DNA of 64,000 nt from a virus, in IMG/VR virus record IMGVR_UViG_3300028394_000001, positions 1 through 64,000 of that record; one strand, written 5' to 3'. Below, one piece after another: positions 55,597-64,000 of this stretch. Positions within the stretch are counted from its first letter, which is position 1; each line of letters begins with the position of its first letter. The position numbers were made by a program, and so were the translations under genes. Below the pieces are notes generated by a model. That model was not told where the DNA came from, made no database searches, and was given only the letters and a program-made list of their open reading frames with translations.

Positions 55597-56689
55597 AGAA
55601 GATGCAATTCACTGTGCTAAAGTATTTGAAGATTACTTTGGTAATTTTGAACGCATAGATGAATACATGCGAGACCAAAAACTCAATTCTTTGGCTGAAC
55701 TAGGTTCTTTCTTATTTCCACCAGAAGATGATTTATTCTCTGATTTCTCCATGCATCCAAATGATATGGAAATTGAGGTGTGTGAAATCTCAACAGAAAT
55801 CTGGGAAACACTACTTGCAATTACCTCGTCACATGTTAACATTAGACCAGTAGGTCGTAGTATACACCTGGCTGTCAGAGAAAACAAAACGGGAAAGTAT
55901 CTAGGATTCATTCGTTTAGCCTCACCAGTAATCAACTGCAAACCTAGGAATGAAATGCTAGGACAAGTGTTTACACAAGATCCTAAGTGGGGTAAAAGAT
56001 TCAATGATTCCGCTATGATGGGTTTTGTGATTGTTCCAAGTCAACCTTTTGGTTTTAATTATCTTGGTGGTAAACTCTTAGCTGCAATTTGTACTTCACA
56101 TACGGTCCGCGAGATTGTAAACAAGAAGTATGGAATGAATTTGTGCCTGTTTGAAACAACAAGTTTGTATGGTTCTTCTAAACAAGTATCACAATATGAT
56201 GGCATGAAACCTTTTATTCGTTACAAAGGATTGACAGATTCAGATTTCTTGCCTATGATGCATGGCAAACCATATTCTAATTTGAGAGATTTTGTTCAAG
56301 ATAGAGTTGGTGATTTAGTTGAAGATGATGCTTCTAGTAAGAAACTGAAAATCTCAATGAAAATTATTGCTTTGACTAAAGCGGCACTCAAAGGAACATC
56401 TGAAGGTGAAGCATTCAATACAACGATTACAAATGCTAAGAAATTGACGGAACAGAAAAGATATTACATAAGTAACTATGGATATAGCAACTATATAGAT
56501 TATATCTGTTGTAAAACTGACACGCTTATCAAAGATAAAGAAAATTATCATAAGTTTGAGCTAGAAAATGTTATACAATGGTGGAAGCAAAAGGCAACCA
56601 ATCGTTATGAAACATTAAAGACTGAAGGTCGTTTGCGAACAGAACTTGAAGTTTGGACTTCAGGTAAGGAGATACAAATTATCCGATAA
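55583..56689 (+). CDS. DUF4338 / DruA-like protein (paralog 2)
   Basis: IVPSQPFGFNYLGGKLLA, ETTSLYG, SQYDG. Confidence 0.7.
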   Translation: MMLSKEDAIHCAKVFEDYFGNFERIDEYMRDQKLNSLAELGSFLFPPEDDLFSDFSMHPNDMEIEVCEISTEIWETLLAITSSHVNIRPVGRSIHLAVRENKTGKYLGFIRLASPVINCKPRNEMLGQVFTQDPKWGKRFNDSAMMGFVIVPSQPFGFNYLGGKLLAAICTSHTVREIVNKKYGMNLCLFETTSLYGSSKQVSQYDGMKPFIRYKGLTDSDFLPMMHGKPYSNLRDFVQDRVGDLVEDDASSKKLKISMKIIALTKAALKGTSEGEAFNTTITNAKKLTEQKRYYISNYGYSNYIDYICCKTDTLIKDKENYHKFELENVIQWWKQKATNRYETLKTEGRLRTELEVWTSGKEIQIIR

Positions 56690-56699
56690 AGGAAATAAC

Positions 56700-57770
56700 A
56701 TGGCTTCAGGTGCAGGTTCCGAAATTACAGCTTTAGCTGAAAGTTTACAAGCATATGCTTGTGCTACAAGACAGTATCTTGGCAAAGATTTAACAAGTGT
56801 TACTGATATAAGCGATAAAACTATAAAAGACGCTGATTGTGATAGAACATTGGATCAATGTATTGATGGTCTAAATGCACAATGGTTTCACAGTGTTGTT
56901 GTTACCTCCAACAAAATAGCCAAAGATTTTAGAATTAACAAATCATCAAATTACATATACTATCGTGGTGGTGATTTAGTTGCTTCAATATATTCTGAAT
57001 TTTCCAATTTTAGAAAACAGAGTGGTATTGTTGGTGATGACAAATGGAATCCAGCTGATATTTGGATGGCAAAAAAAGGATTCAAATTTAAAAGTGATTG
57101 GCCTTCTTTAGAAGATTATAATAGATACATTTATGACAACTACCATGATAAAGAACTTATAGGTATTTCATTGAAATTAGTTCCAAAAGGTGATGCAACT
57201 TCCAAGGTGTATAACGATGGTATGCCAATTACTGCAAAATATGAAAACATTAAAATCAATCCTATTCCAATCGAATCAAAAGATGTATACATCCAATTCA
57301 AAACGGATGGAAACAAAACAGGTGAAATTCAATTGAGAAATTTTTCTAGTCGGCCAGTTCCATCTTCATGGCAAGGTGAAATTAAAGGTAAAACTGCTGC
57401 TGGTGGAAAAATTGGTGGAGGCCTTTTAATCAAAGCTGCACAAGAAAGTGGTGTTCCAAATAGTAAACTAACACCACCTTCAAGCTTTTCTTCTAGCATT
57501 GACAAACCTTCAGAACAATTAATAAAAGATTTTGTCGATATGTTTTGTTCACTTGCAAAAATTACAAATGCAGCCGAGAAAAAAAGAATTATGCAATTGG
57601 TTAAGATAAAGCAAAAAGAAGATAAAACTTGGTGGTTATCCAAGTATTTGGGTGTTGCATATTGTTATGCTATTCTCAATTCAGGCAAAGTTGATGATGT
57701 TACCAAATGGTTATATGGTTATGGTTCATCAGCAACAAAAAATAGTAGCATATTCATTAAATATAGTTAA
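56700..57770 (+). CDS. Putative PD-(D/E)xK-like nuclease
   Basis: DKWNPADIW...LIGISLK. Confidence 0.5.
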   Translation: MASGAGSEITALAESLQAYACATRQYLGKDLTSVTDISDKTIKDADCDRTLDQCIDGLNAQWFHSVVVTSNKIAKDFRINKSSNYIYYRGGDLVASIYSEFSNFRKQSGIVGDDKWNPADIWMAKKGFKFKSDWPSLEDYNRYIYDNYHDKELIGISLKLVPKGDATSKVYNDGMPITAKYENIKINPIPIESKDVYIQFKTDGNKTGEIQLRNFSSRPVPSSWQGEIKGKTAAGGKIGGGLLIKAAQESGVPNSKLTPPSSFSSSIDKPSEQLIKDFVDMFCSLAKITNAAEKKRIMQLVKIKQKEDKTWWLSKYLGVAYCYAILNSGKVDDVTKWLYGYGSSATKNSSIFIKYS

Positions 57771-57787
57771 AAAGGCATTTTTATATT

Positions 57788-58495
57788 ATGACAGCAACAG
57801 TGATTATACCAACAACAGGTGCACCTGAACTCCGCAAAGCAGTTGAAAGTGTTTTAAATCAAACATACGACACACAATGTTATGTTGTTGGTGATGGTGA
57901 ACAATATAATGGCCCTGCAAAGGTTATTTTGGATGAATTTGCCGGTAACAAGAATTTAAGAGTTGCATATCTTCCAATTAATGTCGGCGCCAATGGATTC
58001 TACGGTCATAGAGTTTATGCGGCCTTCACTCACCTAATCAATACAGATTATGTACTGTATCTTGACCAAGATTGTTGGTTTGAACCGAATCATGTACAAT
58101 CATGTATAGATAAGATTGAAAAAGACAAACTTGATTGGTCTTATTCCTTGAGATTAATTACAGACAAAAATGGTAACTACATATGTGAAGATAATTGTGA
58201 ATCTTTAGGTAAGTGGCAAACATATCATGGAATTAATCATATAGATACTAATAACTATTGCATTCCTACTAAAACTGCGATAAGATTAGCTTCTGTTTGG
58301 CATGGCGGATGGGGACAAGATAGAGTATGGTTTCAAACATTGGCAACACACTTTAAAAACTTTGATTGCACTGGTGAATATACAGTCAATTATCGTGTAG
58401 ATGGTAATGCTGGTTCCGTGAATGCTGATTTCTTTAAGAACGGTAATAACATAATGAATGAAAAATACAAAGGTGTTTTTCCTTGGAAAAAATGA
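57788..58495 (+). CDS. GT2-like glycosyltransferase
   Basis: VIIPT, SVLNQTY, YLDQD. Confidence 0.85.
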   Translation: MTATVIIPTTGAPELRKAVESVLNQTYDTQCYVVGDGEQYNGPAKVILDEFAGNKNLRVAYLPINVGANGFYGHRVYAAFTHLINTDYVLYLDQDCWFEPNHVQSCIDKIEKDKLDWSYSLRLITDKNGNYICEDNCESLGKWQTYHGINHIDTNNYCIPTKTAIRLASVWHGGWGQDRVWFQTLATHFKNFDCTGEYTVNYRVDGNAGSVNADFFKNGNNIMNEKYKGVFPWKK

Positions 58496-58505
58496 TAGGA
58501 GTATT

Positions 58506-59360
58506 ATGAAAAATTTGATTATTGGTGGTTGTACAAACTACGGAATTAACCAGTTGAAACCTTGGGTTCTTTCTATTAAAGAAACGATGCCTGATGCAGA
58601 CAAAGTGATGTGTGTTGGTAATGCATCAACTACAACTAGAGAATGGCTTGTTGAAAATGGATTCAAGTTGGTTAATATGCCAACAATGAATGTTCCAATC
58701 CATGTTCTCCGTTTTCTTTCAATCTATGAATATTTGAGAGAACACTGGCAAGAATATGAATATGTTATCACAACTGATGTTAAAGATGTTTATTTTCAAA
58801 AAAATCCATTTGTTTGGTTGCGTCAAAGACTTGAAATGAGTTCGACAAAAATGGTTGCAGGTTCAGAAGGTATGTTGTATAAAGATGAACCTTGGGGCAA
58901 TGACAATCTTATGCAAGCATATGGTGCATATGTACATGAACTATTTAAAAACAATGAAATTTATAATGTTGGAACAATTGGTGGCAAATCCGAATATGTT
59001 AAAGATTTAGTGTTCAATATTTTTACGAATGCAATTCACAGACCAATTTCTATTTGTGACCAAGCCGTATATAATGTATTGTTACAAACACAACCTTATA
59101 AGGCATGTACCTTTTTTGCTAGTCAACTTGATGGTTGGGCTTGTCAGGCTGGTACAACTGTTGATCCGTCCAAGATTGAACAATTTAGGCCATTTTTAAC
59201 CGAAAAAGAACCTATATTTGTCGATGGATTAGTTAAGACTTGTATGGGTGACATTTTTAATATTGTACATCAATATGATAGAGTACCGGAATGGAAAAAG
59301 TTTGTGCAGGAAAAGTATGAACAAGAAGATGAATCAAAATATTTTACTTATAGAACATAA
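58506..59360 (+). CDS. GT-A glycosyltransferase-like protein
   Basis: TDVKDVYFQKNPF, DQAVYN, HQYDR. Confidence 0.75.
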   Translation: MKNLIIGGCTNYGINQLKPWVLSIKETMPDADKVMCVGNASTTTREWLVENGFKLVNMPTMNVPIHVLRFLSIYEYLREHWQEYEYVITTDVKDVYFQKNPFVWLRQRLEMSSTKMVAGSEGMLYKDEPWGNDNLMQAYGAYVHELFKNNEIYNVGTIGGKSEYVKDLVFNIFTNAIHRPISICDQAVYNVLLQTQPYKACTFFASQLDGWACQAGTTVDPSKIEQFRPFLTEKEPIFVDGLVKTCMGDIFNIVHQYDRVPEWKKFVQEKYEQEDESKYFTYRT

Positions 59361-59369
59361 GGTTTTGAA

Positions 59370-60332
59370 ATGAAAAGAATATTATATGTTGTTCACCGTT
59401 ATGCTCCATTTCCTGGCGGGTCTGAGAATTATGTTAGAGATATGGCTGAAGAAACTTTATCTAGAGGCCATGAAGTTGCAGTATTTACCGGAGAACACCA
59501 AGGAGATTGGAATGGTGTTAAAGTTACATCTGAACCGAATGTACTTCTTGAAAAGTGGGATTTAATTGTTGTGCATGGTGGTGATGTTGGACTTCAAGAT
59601 TTTGTACTCAACAATATCAGCAAAATACCATCACCAGTTTTGTTTATGTTAATTAGGCCAAGCACTTCTTTGACTTATATGAATGCCATGCGAGAAACCA
59701 GTTTCATCGCTTGTTCAACAATTGAAGATTGGGAATTTGTAAAGAAAATGGGTGTTGAAAATAAATCAGTACAAGTTTCCCATGGAATTGATGCAAAAGG
59801 ATCTCTAGCTAAGAATAAAATTAATTTTAGAGAGAAATATGGAATCAAAACAGATTACATGTGGTTATCTTCTGGTGGTTTTTGGCCTAATAAAGCTTTT
59901 CATGAATTGATTGGTGTCTTTAAAGAAGTTGGCCGCAAAGATGTTACTTTAGTTCTAACAGGTTATGATAATCGTCATGGAATTATGCCTAAAGAAGAAG
60001 ATAACCTTCGTGTAATGATGTTAGATGACCGTAGTGAAGTCTTGGATGCTATATCAGGTGCAGACCTATATATTATGCATAGTCACAGTGAAGGTTTCGG
60101 TTTAGTTCTATTAGAATCTATGTTAAACAAAACACCTTGGGCCGCACGAAATATTGCTGGATCAAAGTTGATGAAAGATTATGGTTTTACATATGATAAC
60201 GATGCAGAATTGATAAAATTCTTGGGTGAATTTAAAACAGCACATGATGATGTCCTCGCAAATAATTTTTTATTTGTTAATAATAACCATTTGATTAAAA
60301 ATACAGTTGATGATATTTTAAAAACACTATGA
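59370..60332 (+). CDS. GT4-like (GT-B) glycosyltransferase
   Basis: PGGSE, EGFGLVLLESM. Confidence 0.85.
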   Translation: MKRILYVVHRYAPFPGGSENYVRDMAEETLSRGHEVAVFTGEHQGDWNGVKVTSEPNVLLEKWDLIVVHGGDVGLQDFVLNNISKIPSPVLFMLIRPSTSLTYMNAMRETSFIACSTIEDWEFVKKMGVENKSVQVSHGIDAKGSLAKNKINFREKYGIKTDYMWLSSGGFWPNKAFHELIGVFKEVGRKDVTLVLTGYDNRHGIMPKEEDNLRVMMLDDRSEVLDAISGADLYIMHSHSEGFGLVLLESMLNKTPWAARNIAGSKLMKDYGFTYDNDAELIKFLGEFKTAHDDVLANNFLFVNNNHLIKNTVDDILKTL

Positions 60333-61702
60333 ATAAACTTGTAATATTTGACCTTGACGGCGTTTTGATTGATAGCCGAGAATTACATTATGATGCACTT
60401 AATGATGCTTTGCGTAAAGTTGGTGAACAATATGTTATTACTAGAGAAGAACATCTTTCAACTTATGATGGTTTAAACACAACCAGAAAATTAAAATTAC
60501 TGTCGGAACAAAAAGGTTTACCTAGTAATCTTTATGACCAAATCTGGCAAGATAAACAAAATGCCACATTTGAACTGATTAGAACTTGTCCCAAAAATGC
60601 TTCAATTACTTATATTGTAACACAACTTAAACTGAAAGGTTGGAAAGTTGCAGTTGCTTCTAATAGTATTCGTGAAACAGTTAGACTTGCATTGAAGCGG
60701 GTTGGTATTTTGGAAGAAATTGACTTCTTTGTTTCCAATGAAGATGTGTTTCATCCAAAACCATTTCCCGAAATGTATTGGCAGTGCATGACTAAATTCA
60801 AAGCATTACCAAAAGACACGATTATCGTAGAAGACTCGCATATTGGCCGTGAAGCTGCTTTAAGTTCTGCGGCTACTTTATATCCAGTTGCGGATGCATA
60901 TGAATTGAATGGCAACAAGTTCATGGAATTCATTGATGAATTTGAAGCAGCAGACCGTAGAAAAAATATACCATGGAGAAATAAGAAAATGAATGTTTTG
61001 ATTCCAATGGCGGGTGCAGGCTCAAGATTTGCACAAGCTGGTTATACATTTCCTAAACCGTTGATTGATGTTAATGGAAAACCAATGATTCAAGTTGTCG
61101 TTGATAATTTGAATGTTGAAGCTCATTTTATCTTCTTAGTTCAAAAAGACCATTATCAGAAATACAATTTACAATCTGTTTTGAATCTAATTGCTCCTGG
61201 TTGTGATATTGTTCAAGTGGACGGCTTGACAGAAGGCGCTGCATGTACTACACTACTTGCAAAGGAACTGATTGATAACAATGAACCATTATTGATGGCT
61301 AATTCAGACCAATTTGTGGAATGGAATTCTAATGAGTGTTTGTATGCTTTCACCGCTGACGTTATAGATGGCGGCATTGTAACATTCGAATCAACCCATC
61401 CAAAATGGTCGTTTGCGAAGTTAGATTCTAGTGGTTTTGTTTCTGAGGTTGCTGAAAAGAACCCAATTTCAAATCTAGCTACAGTTGGTATTTACTATTG
61501 GAAGCATGGTTCAGATTATGTTAAGTATGCTGAACAAATGATTTTAAAAAATATCAGAGTGAATAATGAATTCTATGTTTGTCCTGTTTTTAATGAAGCT
61601 ATTGCAGACGGCAAAAAAATCAGAACTAAGAATATCAATAAAATGTGGGGATTAGGAATTCCTGAAGATTTACAATACTATTTGGAGCACCATAAAACAT
61701 GA
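60329..61702 (+). CDS. HAD phosphatase / nucleotidyltransferase fusion
   Basis: FDLDGVL, KPFP, EDS; IPMAGAGSRF, PKPLI. Confidence 0.85.
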   Translation: MNKLVIFDLDGVLIDSRELHYDALNDALRKVGEQYVITREEHLSTYDGLNTTRKLKLLSEQKGLPSNLYDQIWQDKQNATFELIRTCPKNASITYIVTQLKLKGWKVAVASNSIRETVRLALKRVGILEEIDFFVSNEDVFHPKPFPEMYWQCMTKFKALPKDTIIVEDSHIGREAALSSAATLYPVADAYELNGNKFMEFIDEFEAADRRKNIPWRNKKMNVLIPMAGAGSRFAQAGYTFPKPLIDVNGKPMIQVVVDNLNVEAHFIFLVQKDHYQKYNLQSVLNLIAPGCDIVQVDGLTEGAACTTLLAKELIDNNEPLLMANSDQFVEWNSNECLYAFTADVIDGGIVTFESTHPKWSFAKLDSSGFVSEVAEKNPISNLATVGIYYWKHGSDYVKYAEQMILKNIRVNNEFYVCPVFNEAIADGKKIRTKNINKMWGLGIPEDLQYYLEHHKT

Positions 61703-62418
61703 ACATAGCACTAATACTTACAGGACACATGCGTTGTTGGGAACAAGTTTTCCCAAATACCAAAGAAGTTATCCTCGATAGATACAAGCCTGATATTTTC
61801 ATTCATGCATGGGATGAACAAGCTTGGTGGGATCCTCACAGTAAAGAGGGGTTTGTTGCAAACTCACCCAAGATTGACCAAAAAGGTATTTTGGAATCTT
61901 ACAAACCAACAGCCATGTTTTTTGAGGATTTTGAACATAAGCGTGCAGATTTTGAAAAGGCTGCTGAGAATTATGAAAAACACTATCATGTAAAAAGGAA
62001 TATTCTTTCCATGTTTTACAAAATAGGTCGAGGTGTTGATATGATGAATGAACATACCTCTAGAACAGGCAAACAATATGATTTAGTTATTCGTATGAGA
62101 CCTGATTTGGTTTTTAAACAACAGTTACCAAATTTTGATTCCAATAAATTTTATACCATATTGCATCGAAATCACGTTGGCCAAGGAACAGGAGATATGT
62201 TTCAAGCAAGTAATCAATGGCTCATGACAATTTTTAGTAACATATCACTTATTTTGCCACAATTATACAAAGAAACTGGAATACTTTGTCCACACATTGT
62301 TTCTGAACATATGTTTAGACAATTACAATTGCCTTGGGAAGAATTTCCTATTGAACGAATGTTGATGCATACACCAGCTGGCGAATATAAACCAAAACAA
62401 CTTTATGGATACAATTAA
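61699..62418 (+). CDS. Glycan-modifying hypothetical protein
   Basis: IALILTGHMR, DIFIH, YDLVIRMRPD. Confidence 0.6.
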   Translation: MNIALILTGHMRCWEQVFPNTKEVILDRYKPDIFIHAWDEQAWWDPHSKEGFVANSPKIDQKGILESYKPTAMFFEDFEHKRADFEKAAENYEKHYHVKRNILSMFYKIGRGVDMMNEHTSRTGKQYDLVIRMRPDLVFKQQLPNFDSNKFYTILHRNHVGQGTGDMFQASNQWLMTIFSNISLILPQLYKETGILCPHIVSEHMFRQLQLPWEEFPIERMLMHTPAGEYKPKQLYGYN

Positions 62419-63157
62419 AATGACAAATGAAATTAAACTCACATCTGGTGAAGTTACACTTAGAGTATATGATGAACCAACCATCTTCGATGAAATTATT
62501 TCATTAAAAGACGGACCTGTCCAATATGAGAGAGTTGGTACAGGTAACATTAAAATGGTTCAACATCCTTATCCATATTCCATTAAACTAGAAGAATTTA
62601 ATTTTTTAACAAACTTGATTAAAGATAATAATCTACAAAGAGGTTATGAATGTGCAACAGCTTTTGGAATCAGCTCACTAGCCATTGGTTTAGGTTTTAA
62701 AGAAACTGGTGGAAAATGTGTTACCATGGATGCCTATATTGAAGAAAAATGTGGAGATGCCGGTGCATATGAAAAATTCGAAAGAGAAGTATATGAAAAG
62801 GCTGATGGGTTGAAATCGGTAAAGTATCTTATTGAAAAATACAATTTAGGAAATACATTGTATCCTGAAATTGGTTGGAGTCCAACAGATACAGAATCTG
62901 CTGTCAGAAAACATATCACTGAACCATTGGATTTTGTTTTTATTGATGCTGGTCATTTCCCTGAACAGATGATAAAAGACTTTGATGCATTCTTACCATT
63001 GCTCGGTGAAAAGTATGTGTTAGCTTTCCATGACGTTTATCCTTGGAGTTATTCAGATATGGTACATGACCATATTTACAAAAGGATAGGAAAACGTGTA
63101 GAAATTAAAGTTCCACATCCAGCTGGTGAAAACTTAGGTGTTATTATTAACTTATGA
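62405..63157 (+). CDS. Class I SAM methyltransferase (Methyltransf_24-like)
   Basis: ECATAFGISS, FVFIDAGH, FHD. Confidence 0.75.
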   Translation: MDTIKMTNEIKLTSGEVTLRVYDEPTIFDEIISLKDGPVQYERVGTGNIKMVQHPYPYSIKLEEFNFLTNLIKDNNLQRGYECATAFGISSLAIGLGFKETGGKCVTMDAYIEEKCGDAGAYEKFEREVYEKADGLKSVKYLIEKYNLGNTLYPEIGWSPTDTESAVRKHITEPLDFVFIDAGHFPEQMIKDFDAFLPLLGEKYVLAFHDVYPWSYSDMVHDHIYKRIGKRVEIKVPHPAGENLGVIINL

Positions 63158-63603
63158 TTTATATTGCTCATCGTGGACTAACAACCGGGCCCAATAAAGA
63201 TATTGAAAACTGGCCGAAACAGATTGAGAAAGCAATTTCAGAAGGTTTTCATTGTGAAATCGATTTGTGGGTGATGGATGATAAGAAAACTTTGATGTTG
63301 GGTCACGATAAACCTCAATATTTGATTGATTATACCTTTCTCTATGATAAACCCCTTTGGATACATGCAAAAAACTTTGAAGCTTTAAGTTGGTTATCTG
63401 AACGAATATTAAACTATTTTTGGCATGATAATGACAGTTATACATTAACCAGTAATGGTTGTATTTGGACATATCCCGGTTCCAAACTAAATGAAAATAG
63501 TATATGTAATCAGCCGGAATGGAATACACCAATTGAAAAACTATTAAATTTTAAAGAAAACTGTTTTGGTGTATGTTCCAAGTATGTGGGATTGATGAGA
63601 TAA
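63154..63603 (+). CDS. Minimal GDPD/PLC-like phosphodiesterase
   Basis: IAHRG, EN, EIDLW, GHD, WIHAKN. Confidence 0.7.
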   Translation: MIYIAHRGLTTGPNKDIENWPKQIEKAISEGFHCEIDLWVMDDKKTLMLGHDKPQYLIDYTFLYDKPLWIHAKNFEALSWLSERILNYFWHDNDSYTLTSNGCIWTYPGSKLNENSICNQPEWNTPIEKLLNFKENCFGVCSKYVGLMR

Positions 63604-63610
63604 AAAGTTG

Positions 63611-63618
63611 TATAAATA
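63611..63618 (+). promoter_or_regulatory. T4-type late promoter
   Basis: TATAAATA. Confidence 0.75.
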
Positions 63619-63660
63619 ACAGATGGTAACCAGAGTGTGTTACAATTCTAAGGGCAATCA

Positions 63661-63999
63661 ATGAAAACTTTTATTTCCTTCTTAAAAGAAGAAGCGGAGC
63701 CAGAAGGTTCGGCTTTAAAGCATATTCACCATGCGGAAGACCGTCCGTTAATGCACGGCGCCGAAGGGTTTGAACATGCACATGGTGCTTTAATGCAGGC
63801 TCACGAACACGTTAAAGCCAAAGCAAATAGCAGCAATCTAACCATGAAATATGATGGTTCACCTGCAATTGTCTTTGGTCACCATCCAAAAACAGGTAAA
63901 TTCTTTGTTGCAAGCAAGTCAGCCTTCAACAAGACTCCAAAAATTAACCACACAGAAAAAGATGTTGACAAGAATCATGGTCACGCACCTGGACTTGCA
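63661..63999 (+). CDS. 3'-truncated conserved T4-like protein with a ligase-like KxDG motif
   Basis: MKTFISFLKEE start; HIHHAED; TMKYDGSPAIVFG; runs off the window. Confidence 0.65.
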   Translation, partial: MKTFISFLKEEAEPEGSALKHIHHAEDRPLMHGAEGFEHAHGALMQAHEHVKAKANSSNLTMKYDGSPAIVFGHHPKTGKFFVASKSAFNKTPKINHTEKDVDKNHGHAPGLA

Positions 64000-64000
64000 T

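Overview
A 64-kb segment of a large, AT-rich T4-like myophage. The gene order is cyanophage/freshwater-phage-like, and the host is probably a betaproteobacterium (inference from IscU/ErpA, phasin-like and DUF3563-like genes). From left to right: repeat-rich tail-fibre/adhesin genes (1-10.5 kb); neck, terminase, tail and head genes gp13-gp23 and gp3; uvsY, uvsW, gp55, gp47, gp46; accessory genes (methyltransferase, peptide deformylase, DUF4338-like, DUF5664-like dNTPase); gp45, gp44, gp62, regA; IscU, ErpA and Hsp20; a tRNA island (41.4-49.0 kb); gp43, uvsX, gp41; and a glycosyltransferase cluster. The tRNA island is the most unusual part. It holds 30 tRNA genes covering all 20 amino acids, plus: (i) an unannotated 35-codon leader ORF that uses almost only non-repeated codons and overlaps an antiterminator/terminator switch just upstream of the array, a candidate attenuator sensing the whole tRNA pool; (ii) a Ro60/TROVE-like vWA (DUF2828-type) gene with four copies of a covarying ncRNA scaffold, two of which display anticodon stem-loop mimics (Lys UUU, Asp GUC); (iii) three long-stem, T-loop-bearing Y-RNA-like elements that pair with the 3' end of the preceding tRNA; (iv) several non-canonical tRNAs and rrn-like boxA leaders. 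Together these suggest a regulated tRNA-replacement/decoy counter-defence system. All family assignments come from motif recognition by eye; no database searches or folding programs were run.
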